Shown: positions 55,317-64,000 of the stretch, in pieces
How positions within the stretch are numbered: the first letter of the stretch is position 1
Layout of the letters: every line of letters starts with the position of its first letter
The notes under the pieces: model-generated
What the model was told of the DNA's origin: nothing
Seen by the model: the letters and a program-made list of their open reading frames with translations, nothing else
The model's database searches: none
Made by a program: the position numbers and the translations under genes
From: Trypanosoma brucei
Taxonomy: Eukaryota
Length of the DNA stretch: 64,000 nucleotides
Assembly: GCA_000002445.1 (NCBI GenBank)
Contig: CM000207.1
Coordinates: forward strand, 1,632,001-1,696,000
Reading direction: 5' to 3'

Positions 55317-56240
55317 TTACGCCATATTACCTTTAAGATAGCTGTAGAACCCCATTGTTAAAGCAGCGTTGGGCGCAGCAAATGTCACTCTGATCGGTAA
55401 GCCCTTCCACAGCGCACATACACCCTCGCTCTTAACAATAGCACACAATCCATCTAATAACCCCTTGTAACGGAAAGGAAATCCGTAAACGGCAGTTGGC
55501 TTTCCATTGACGGAGAGAACTGCCCGCTGTACCTGCAAGCGTGTCTTCACTAATTCCAGAGGGTTTGTTACGACGCAGGCGACAATATTCCCCATACCTC
55601 CTGCACAGAGTGAAGAAGAAAATGTTCCTAATGACATGTGCTCGTTGAGAACATTCTCAAAAACTTCGTAGCAACCAAAGTATACTGCCGAGTAGGGTCC
55701 GAAGGATGCCAATGTTGACCAATAACCCTTATATAAACCTCGCACACCTTCGTAGCGAGCGACAGTGCGGATGGCGTCCCAGTTGCCTTTGTATCGCCCT
55801 TCTACAAACGACGACTGCGCCTGCAGCCGTTCCTTCGTTACGTCAATAGGAACCCAAAAGATACAACTGACCGACTCGGCAAAGAGTCCACAAATAAGAT
55901 GAATAAATGAAGAAGGTATGGTGCTAAGAAAGGAAGAGGAATGGCTTGCACTCACATATCCCTGAAGGAAATCTCGAGACCACGTGTATGTTGTTAGATA
56001 CAGTGCAGTTCCCGGTGCAGAGCCAACAATCGCTACGCCCGCACCACGGTAGAAGGCACCTGGCCCTTCACGCCTCCAAATAGAACTCGCGACATGCCGC
56101 AGTGATCCCTTCGAATTTACATGAAGGGAACTGCTGCTATCTCCAAAGAAACCCGTGAAGGTCACAGTTTTAGCCGTATCGAGAGGATGACAAACCGCTC
56201 GGGCCATCACGCCAGCAAGAGCGGAGCATATTACATCCAT
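55317..56240 (-). CDS. Mitochondrial carrier family (SLC25) protein, 307 aa
   Basis: Three tandem carrier repeats with Px[DE]xx[KR] signatures (PLDTAKT, PIDVTKERLQ, PLELVKTRLQ) and six predicted TM helices. ATG at 56238-56240. Confidence 0.85.
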   Translation of the reverse strand: MDVICSALAGVMARAVCHPLDTAKTVTFTGFFGDSSSSLHVNSKGSLRHVASSIWRREGPGAFYRGAGVAIVGSAPGTALYLTTYTWSRDFLQGYVSASHSSSFLSTIPSSFIHLICGLFAESVSCIFWVPIDVTKERLQAQSSFVEGRYKGNWDAIRTVARYEGVRGLYKGYWSTLASFGPYSAVYFGCYEVFENVLNEHMSLGTFSSSLCAGGMGNIVACVVTNPLELVKTRLQVQRAVLSVNGKPTAVYGFPFRYKGLLDGLCAIVKSEGVCALWKGLPIRVTFAAPNAALTMGFYSYLKGNMA

Positions 56241-59200
56241 ACTTGTGGCCTCTCCTAATGTGCCCTATTGCCTTGTAGTTTCCTCTCTTCCTTCCTTCTT
56301 TCTATTTGCGAGATGTCTGAAAAGGGGGACAAAAAACAAAGAAAAATTTAAAAAATTATGAAAGAGGCAATAAAAATAATAACAACACTAGTAATAGTAA
56401 CAACGATAGTAATAATAGCAACAATGATTATATAAGGGACAGAGGACCGCCAACACTCACTTATTACTGCCTCCCACAAACAACTAAGCGGATGGAACGA
56501 AGAAGAAGAAGAGTTAACCCATCGAATGACAGATGAGAGACAAAATTGTCCACCCCTTTGTACGCAGAAGAGAGTGCGGGCACTTGATGAAATAAATGAA
56601 AAATAACAAGAAATGAAGGACAACAATTCACCCATCCATCCCGACTTGAGGCCCTCAATTTATTTAACCCACCGCCGTTGAGTTCATAAATATAGGGATA
56701 CCCGGTAAAAAGAAGTAAAACGGAAGCAAGAAGGGGAAACCCTCCCTTTCATTCCTTCCTTCTTGTTTCTTGTTAGTCCTATTCCCTTTTTTTTCTTTTA
56801 TTTTTTTTTAATTTTCCTTTACATTGTGCTGAATTGAATTAGGAAGAAGGAAAGGGAAGGGAAAGGAAGGGGAAGGAAGAACATAAATTGTTGTGGCACT
56901 TTAAGCCACTCTGTTTAGTTTGCAGCCCCAACATCCTCTGTCCCTTTGTAAACTCCCCACTACGCACAAACACAGAATCAACTCGACACCAACAACAAAA
57001 CACTCAAAAAAAAAATACAAAAAAAAGGCAAGACCAGCGCCCCCGAGTGCCTCACCCCCTTTTGCGTGTGTTTGCGTGTGCGTTTTTTTTTTCTTTTTTG
57101 TTTTTCCCGTTTCTCTTTCTTTTTTTTTTCCTGTGTGTGTGTGTGTGTTTCTTTTTTTGCTGTTTTTTTTTTTTTGGCTCCCCCTCCCTCTCCCCAGAAG
57201 AAAAAAGAAGAAGAAGATGTTGACTCATCACATCGATTAATTCGGCGTTTTACCCTCCTTTACTACCTTTTTCACTTTGGATATCGCCCCAACTGAAATC
57301 AATTCTCTCAACGGAGAGAAAAACAAAAACAAAAAAACAAAAAAATTCCCTACCGCACGCACGCCTTTCCTCCGCTTTACCGCGGTCGCAAAGTTACACA
57401 AAACACAACAAATGGAACAAAACAAAAAAAAAGTAACCGCCTCCTCATATATCCCTTAAGAAGAAGTACGAAGGCATGAAGTGAATAGTTGGGAAGGAGG
57501 GGAGGGGAAATAGAGTGAGAAAAAGTAAAATGAAAAAAAAAATTAAGAAAGCTAAGACCAATGGAAAAGCAGTAACAAAAAGAAAGAAAAAAGAAGAGAG
57601 AAAGAAAAAAAAGAGAAAAAAAAGAGAGAGAGAAGGCTCCCAACCCCTTCTAAATGCCGGCCGGTGCAAATGCACATGAAAAAGAAAAAGAAAGTCATAA
57701 TGAACAGTTGCAGTTGAATGAGCAGCGCCAAGAAAATGAATGAAGTAAATGCATCACACGCGCACAAATATATAAATTAATTAATATATGTTCAAATAGC
57801 AGCATGCCTCACAATTGCCTTCGGAGCCGCCTTCAGGAAAAGGGGGAGAATGGAAGAAAAAGAAATTAAAAACAAAGGCGGGGAAAACAATCAAATAAAA
57901 TAGAAGAAAAAAAAAGAAGAAGTGATATTGTAACAACATGGAGAGAGAAGATAAGAGAAGATTTAAAAAAAGAAAAAGAAAAGAGGGATAAAAAAGAAGA
58001 GGAAAAAACTGAAGACGGAGAGACGAAAGAGAATTTTTTTTAAAAAAACAAACAAACAAACAAACAAAACTGAAATCAATAGAGAAAAAGACCCGCAACG
58101 CGTATAAAAAAGAAAAAGAAAAAGAAACTTTGATGGATGCAAATGCTATCAGCGCGGGGTGCGAATGTAGCGATGACTACTCATTGTCGTGGCGGACAGC
58201 ATCGCAACCTCTGCTGCTTCAGTTTGTTTGACTAATAGAAGAAAAGATGAAAAGATAGATTTTTTTTTAAAAAAAAAGAAACACTGCGGTGAAAAAGAAG
58301 TCATTAATATAGAGGCAATCACATCTCCACCTTCCGATCCTTAGGTTTCTGTTCACACACACACACACACATGCGCCCCAAAATTGAAATAACAGTTTGG
58401 ACGAAGGGGATGTGAAACATAATGAAAAAAAAAAAAGAAACGTACAAAAAACGTATAATTTTCTGCGGGATCACAATATTACGTTCTTTCAGTCTTTTGT
58501 CTTTTTTCTTCTAGCTCAGCTATTATTTTTTTCTTCCTTAAAAACTCTCTTTCTTCCTTTTTTTTTAATTCCTGATGCTTAATGCTTCTTTATTTATGTA
58601 TCTGTCACGTATCTGTCTCTTGATATTTATAAATTCTTTAGCATTTGAAAGCATTTGTTAGGAGCCCATCGTCCACATTGGCAACATCCCGCGCCATCCT
58701 TCACGCAGCAAACTGACAGATATATAAATAAATACAAGTAAATAAATAAACGCATATGTAAATATAAATATTGATATGTATCCGCCAGCACTATTTAGTA
58801 ACCGTGTCTGTGTTCATGCTACCAACAATAAACGCCCGTACACACGCCTCAACATCATTCCGCCAAGGCGATGAAAAGAAAAACAATAATAAAAGTAGAA
58901 TTGGAAGGAAAAAAAACAAACAAACAAACAAACAAACAAAAAGAAAGAAAGAACAGACAGAAAGGTAAAAGGTAAAAGAAGAGCAGCACAACGTTCTATC
59001 CGAGTAACGCCAACTTGTACATTTATGTACCTCCCATTGGTATCACTCAACAGCGACCATCGCGCATGGAAAAGGGGAGAAAGTAGTGAAGGAATGAGAG
59101 AGATTTCTTTTTTAAAAAAAAAAAGGAAGGGGAAAAGAACGAACTGCTAGTAAAATACCCCGCAGTGTAGCAGCAACGAAATCAGATCTGAAACAAACTA

Positions 59201-59759
59201 AAAGAGGCATACGTGAAAAAGAAAAAGTAACTCGTTGCATAAACGAATCGTTCGTCCTGCTCCCCTCACCGCAATTTTTCTCGCAAAAAAAAAAAAAAAA
59301 GTTGAATCCCACGCGTATTTTTTTTTAATTGTATAACTCTATAAAGGTAGATACAGTTATAAATGGGTAGTTGCTTTCTTTTCCTCTTTTTTGCTTTCTC
59401 TTCCTCATCCTTCCCCACACACCACGTCCCTCTCCCCACATCTCCTGTTTTAAACTTGAATGAGCGACTACGGTGTTATCACATGAAACAAGCAGCTCCT
59501 CATTATTAACGATAGCGCTGACAGAAAATATTTAAAACGAACATGAGGCCGCTACTCCCTCAAGTTACAAAAAAAAAATCAAAAACTCACCTTTAAATAG
59601 CGAGTTATAAAGACCCAGCCACCAAAGCATACGTGTGCACGCAAACCTGTGTGCAACAGACCCCCTCACTGACAGGATTTACCTGTTGAATGGTTCAAAC
59701 CCACAGCCACCGATTTGCCATAGAATCTCAAAGTTTTCTCCATCTCTCCATTTTGCAAG

Positions 59760-61397
59760 CTAGCGGCGCTGGTTGGGCTGCTTCGCCTGCTGCTGTTGTG
59801 CGAAAAGCACTTGTGTGCCGGGAGGAAAACCTGTGGCACCCACAGTGTATGGTGCCGTACCATCCGCGGGGCGGTAAAACATCATCGGTTGCTGAGCCTG
59901 ACTAGGCACAAAACCTGCAACATAATGGCCGGGCATGGCCGGCTGCGCGTAATACGGTGCTCCTTGAGCGCCACTCACAATTATTGGAACGGGTTGAGGG
60001 ACGCCAGTTTGACGGTGCTGCGGCTGCGGTGGAGCTTGCACCAGTTTTTGCATTTGTTGTGGTGCAACCTTCTGAACGGGAACCCCCCACGGCATTTGGA
60101 CAGGCTGTTGCTGCGGCCGTTGTTGCTGTGGGACATGTGCAGGTAGTTGGGTTGTCGACATTTGTGGCGGCGTCATATGGCCGGAAACCGAAAGTAACGG
60201 TGGGGCCCCTGTGACGGGTACAGCACTTCCTGGCATTTGAGACATGACCGCTGCCTGCGGCTGAGTCTGTGGGCGACCCAAACTTTGCTTCACCTGCATG
60301 AGTAACTGCTGCTCCAGGGCTGTTGCCTCAATAGGTTTACTTTCCACCTCCGGTTGCCTGCTCACCTTCTGCTCGCTAATGAGTCTCTGCTCCAAATCGT
60401 GAGCGTTCCACGTGCGGGGTTGGTTTGACGCCGATGTCTCGGTGGGTTGTGTAGCTGGCGCACGGGCACTCGTAGCAGCACCCGCTTCCACCGAAGGCGC
60501 TGCGGGTACCGAGTGCAAAACTGCTGGTTGCATCGATGGCTGTGTTGGCACCGCGCCCGCATGCTGGGTCGGTGCTGTCGACGGAACACCTAAGGACAGA
60601 CTACCGGTCAAAAGTGAATTCATACCTACATTGGCGGAAGGATTCTTACGTTCAAGCGCCGCATCAACGCCGGTGGGCTTCGAAGCTTCCACATTGTTCC
60701 ACACAACGTTACCGCTCGCTGGGACCATGGACGGCAAGGCCCACGGGTCTTTGACCTGATTCAAAGAGGCACTTGTCAGGGGTTCTGATATTGCCTGCAC
60801 CAGAGGAGCAGAGGTAGGGTTTGTATCCTGGAAACCAGAGTTTGCCCCAGAGAAGAAGCGTGACTTGGCTACTTTCTTCCCCCCCTCACCACTTGGTGCT
60901 ATGCTAACCATCAACCGTTCTATCTCATCGTCAACCTCTGCCTTTACTTCAGTTCTGGAGGGGGAAGAGGGACCCCATTTGTTGGTGTCGTTTTTGCCCT
61001 CATCCTTTGAAGAGGCTGCAGCGTCACTCCTTTGCTTCTCCCTCTCCATGGTTTCCTGCAGTGCCTGCTTCTTAATGGCATTCCGCTCCAACTCATACTT
61101 GTACCCCTCTTCGAATGCTTCCTGATCCCTGCTTCCCCTCCAAGAACGGGATGGGGGAGCAAAGCGTTCGCTGTTTGTTGCCCGCTTCGATGCTGGCCCA
61201 AGCGCTCCATTTTTCGAGTCGGATGACTTTTGACCGGTGGCGTCGTGGCGGGTTCCATCCGGCGAAGAGGACTGCACGGGGCACTCCGTTTCGATTATGC
61301 TGAATTTCTGTAGTACCTCCTCGCTCAAGGTGAATTCTTCTGGTCTCGGTGCAAGTGAGAGAAGTTCAGGGCGAGTGTATCGAATTGTAGTTCTCAT
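59760..61397 (-). CDS. 4E-IP: Gln/Pro-rich protein with N-terminal Y-x4-L-phi eIF4E-binding motif; candidate 4E-interacting protein (4E-IP), 545 aa
   Basis: The N-terminus MRTTIRYTRPELLSLAP contains YTRPELL, fitting the YxxxxL-phi eIF4E-binding consensus. The rest is a low-complexity Q/P/A-rich tail. The track start is a TTG; the first ATG is at 61395-61397. Assignment is by motif and remembered synteny. Confidence 0.6.
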   Translation of the reverse strand: MRTTIRYTRPELLSLAPRPEEFTLSEEVLQKFSIIETECPVQSSSPDGTRHDATGQKSSDSKNGALGPASKRATNSERFAPPSRSWRGSRDQEAFEEGYKYELERNAIKKQALQETMEREKQRSDAAASSKDEGKNDTNKWGPSSPSRTEVKAEVDDEIERLMVSIAPSGEGGKKVAKSRFFSGANSGFQDTNPTSAPLVQAISEPLTSASLNQVKDPWALPSMVPASGNVVWNNVEASKPTGVDAALERKNPSANVGMNSLLTGSLSLGVPSTAPTQHAGAVPTQPSMQPAVLHSVPAAPSVEAGAATSARAPATQPTETSASNQPRTWNAHDLEQRLISEQKVSRQPEVESKPIEATALEQQLLMQVKQSLGRPQTQPQAAVMSQMPGSAVPVTGAPPLLSVSGHMTPPQMSTTQLPAHVPQQQRPQQQPVQMPWGVPVQKVAPQQMQKLVQAPPQPQHRQTGVPQPVPIIVSGAQGAPYYAQPAMPGHYVAGFVPSQAQQPMMFYRPADGTAPYTVGATGFPPGTQVLFAQQQQAKQPNQRR

Positions 61398-62811
61398 TGT
61401 CAACCCTACCTTGATTCGATCACTAGTTAGTTCTCTGTTAATTTCTTTTTTCTTTTTTTTTCCTTTTTTGGAGGGGCAATTCTTTTTCCTTTTTGTTTGC
61501 CTAAACCCGTTCCCCTATATCGCTATTCAGATACAATGTTATACCACTTCTCTGGGTTTATCACACTGCTATTATTAGTAACAGAAATAGGTTCTTCTTA
61601 TTCCTTTCACCCGAAAAAGATAAATAATCAACCCAGAGGACGTCCCTGATCCTGTCGTGTGGGTCGCCGCTGATCCTACTTTTTTTTTCTTCTTTCACAA
61701 AAATTCCCCTTCACCTGATTTTTTTTAATATTTCACCTTTTTGTCGGTGATTGATTGTTTTTTTTTAATTTTTGTTGTCTTGTTGTTGTTGTTGTTGTTT
61801 TTTTTTTTTGCTTAATTTCTTTTTTCTCTTTCAATTTAACTTTTTTTTCCTTTTCTTTTTGTTTCTATCTTTTTAACAGTAAAAATAATGATTTAACAGG
61901 AGAGCGAAAATTATCTTTCCTTCTTTTCGTGGAAAGTTCGGGTCAAAGTAAGTTTCGTTCAGTTAGGCGATCAGACAATCGCTTGGCGGTATACTTTAAA
62001 AAAAAAACGTTTGCGTTGAGGAACTGAGTCCAGTAAGAACACACATAAATACAAAGAACAAGTTAATGAAGAAAGAAAATGGAAGATGAAAGTGCAAATA
62101 TGAATGTAAAGATGGTGTGCGAACAGCAACAAAATGGTGGAAACGAAAAAAGAAAAGAAAAAGAAATGTGGGGTGATAGTGTATATACAAATGGAAACAT
62201 ATCAGGAAGGGGGAAAAAATTGCGACAATAGTAGTAAGAGTATTGGCGCCCAGATGACACACCCGACCACATACTTATTGATTACTCCGCTGGTACCGCA
62301 AACGCACAGACGCGCACCAGTGTATGTTTTATTACGCGCAAGGTTTCCTTTTGACATCCTCTTTTTTTACGACCGCACCACCACACACGGGTCGCATGGT
62401 AACAGTTAATACCCAATAATCGGCACTGCACTCGCGGTAACTCTTGAAAAGAGGCGGGCCGCGGCACGGCCGCAAGGTGCGTATTTAACGCGGTAGTAAA
62501 AAGGGGGAGAAAAGGGAGAAAAGCAACAGAACGATGTGCCTCACGTGCAACTCGCTGCCTAAGCGGGAGAGAGAAGCGTTCCCGGAAACACGATACTGGA
62601 GCAGCCTCCTCCAGGTTGGAAAGGAGAAAAGATTCAGTAAATAAACAAGAAGCGCAATAGAGAAATGAAAGATAGATAGATAGAAAGGGTATGTTAAATT
62701 TCATTTCTATATACTTTGCCGCATATCCAGTGATTCACTCCATTCTCTTCTTTCACTTCATCGCCATTACCGTCCCTGCACAACCGCAACCACAACTACA
62801 ACCACACCACA

Positions 62812-64000
62812 TTACAACACAATGGGATGATCCGCCGTCCCCAACCGCAAACCTCTGCCAACATCACCATCCTGCGACGCCCTACTTCCATAGTCTCCAA
62901 CGTTACCCCCCACCCTCCCTCGTCTGTAAACAACAAACGCCTCCCCGTCATCGGACGAGTCGGCGCCAAGTTCCGCCAAACCAAAAAAGGAATCGCTGGA
63001 CCCGCCGCATGCAACTACAGGCTTGAGTGGTTTATTTACATCATTGCTGCTCTCGTCGTCATCGTCAAGAACGACATCTACAACACCACTAACACTCTTC
63101 TTAGGTACCCACCGAAATGGAACATAGTCTTCATCCGTTTCCGCTGTGCTTGCCGTGTGAACTGCAGCTTTTGCCTCCCTGTCGTTCCTGACAAGTTGAA
63201 GGTACGCGGGGCATTTCTCACCTGCTTGTTGCAAGCACCGCAGCAACACGGTGTCAACGCGGATGTCACGGGGTGCAAGCGGTGAGTCACAAAGTGGGCA
63301 GTTCCAGTAACATCCACTGTGACAACCCTGAAGAAAGGAGCGACAGTCAAAGCATTGAAGGTGAGCACAATGGGCACCACGGATTGGAATGCTAATGCGT
63401 GCTTGAGAAATGGGACACTTCGTTGTGATGACGGGGTTGTCCACTACCATCTCATCTTTTGACATTTCCTCGTCCTCTAACACGCTACGGTACATGGCGT
63501 ACAAACTAGCATCGCGCATATTCTGCGGGTTGCATAACGGCGTAACGATACTATTCATCACCTCATCTTGTGGTACCAACTGAACTACCAACAATGCCAC
63601 CTGACTAACGTACTCCTTTGAGGTCACAACAAATCCAAGCTCCTGAGTGTGGCAATTTCTATTCAAAAATTGTGTTATATCCAAAGGAAGAAGGGTTTTG
63701 GTTACTTCCTTCCGCCGCTCGGGCCACCGCCGCCTCCACATTGTCATGACCGCTTGGCCGTTCACTGTTACCGCAATTTCCTTTATTACCGGCCACGACA
63801 TGGGAATAAATGGCGGCCGGAAGGGTACCACGTGCAGACGAAGCCGTCTTGACGCCACTCCCTCCAAATACTGCTGAGGAACTTCAAAAGAGTGATTGGC
63901 GCTACCAAAACACAGCTGCGTTTTCATTACTACGTGTAGCACACGGTGGAAAGGGGAACTGACTTCGTTTATGGCTTCAACGGGAAGGTTGTCGTCAAGC
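62812..64000 (-). CDS. SIZ1: SP-RING (MIZ-type zinc finger) SUMO E3 ligase, PIAS/Siz-like; 5' end runs off the window
   Basis: CPISQARISIPIRGAHCAHLQCFDCRSFLQGCHSGCYWNCPLCD matches the SP-RING consensus (compare PIAS [44 protein letters not shown]). The reading frame stays open from 63942 to position 64000; the track's M at 63942 is a GTG. Confidence 0.7.
   Translation of the reverse strand, partial: LDDNLPVEAINEVSSPFHRVLHVVMKTQLCFGSANHSFEVPQQYLEGVASRRLRLHVVPFRPPFIPMSWPVIKEIAVTVNGQAVMTMWRRRWPERRKEVTKTLLPLDITQFLNRNCHTQELGFVVTSKEYVSQVALLVVQLVPQDEVMNSIVTPLCNPQNMRDASLYAMYRSVLEDEEMSKDEMVVDNPVITTKCPISQARISIPIRGAHCAHLQCFDCRSFLQGCHSGCYWNCPLCDSPLAPRDIRVDTVLLRCLQQAGEKCPAYLQLVRNDREAKAAVHTASTAETDEDYVPFRWVPKKSVSGVVDVVLDDDDESSNDVNKPLKPVVACGGSSDSFFGLAELGADSSDDGEAFVVYRRGRVGGNVGDYGSRASQDGDVGRGLRLGTADHPIVL

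Noticed and set aside
1-64000. Prokaryote-style features (CRISPR arrays, operon promoters, rho-independent terminators)
   Set aside because: The sequence is clearly eukaryotic and kinetoplastid-like (polycistronic, intronless, spliced-leader-type signals), so these categories do not apply. No short direct-repeat/spacer arrays were seen.

Overview
This 64-kb window looks like a trypanosomatid (Trypanosoma-type) nuclear chromosome segment. Every credible protein-coding gene lies on the minus strand, so the window is one polycistronic unit transcribed right to left. The genes are intronless and packed head to tail, and purine-rich plus-strand stretches (polypyrimidine on the transcribed strand) precede most start codons, consistent with trans-splicing signals. 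(TA)n, (CA)n and trinucleotide microsatellites sit between genes, and five intergenic UTR regions are 2.9–3.8 kb long.

Recognisable products, right to left: a SP-RING/MIZ zinc-finger SUMO E3 ligase (truncated at the window edge), a 4E-interacting-protein-like gene, a mitochondrial carrier, a PKA catalytic subunit, Rab7, an ABHD13/Bem46-like hydrolase, a DEAD-box helicase, a DnaJ protein, a large kinase with polo-box-like C-terminal repeats, an RIIa-domain protein, a frameshifted TPR gene, an HD-domain protein (HDDC2), a poly(A)-binding protein, an HBS1/eRF3-family GTPase, an RNA pol III RPC4-like subunit and BBS1, plus several conserved hypotheticals. From memory, this gene order (PABP2, Rab7, PKAC, 4E-IP, SIZ1) matches a Trypanosoma brucei chromosome 9 region, but I cannot confirm that without a database.

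The ORF track assigns M to non-ATG starts (GTG/TTG) and runs some ORFs into upstream pyrimidine tracts, so I trimmed several starts to the first ATG; for the PKA and helicase genes the ATG chosen is further in, where the first recognisable protein sequence begins.

The most interesting region is the left end (1–3411): a head-to-tail tandem repeat with a ~1738-bp unit (about 1.96 copies, probably continuing left of the window). It has no protein-coding capacity, but it carries at least two well-formed box C/D snoRNA-like genes per copy on the transcribed strand. That is the arrangement expected for a tandemly reiterated trypanosomatid snoRNA cluster. Other points worth a second look: a divergent polo-box kinase with an internal C2H2-like zinc finger, a frameshifted TPR gene, an N-terminal YTRPELL eIF4E-binding motif, and a small TM/N,Q-rich ORF next to the repeat.
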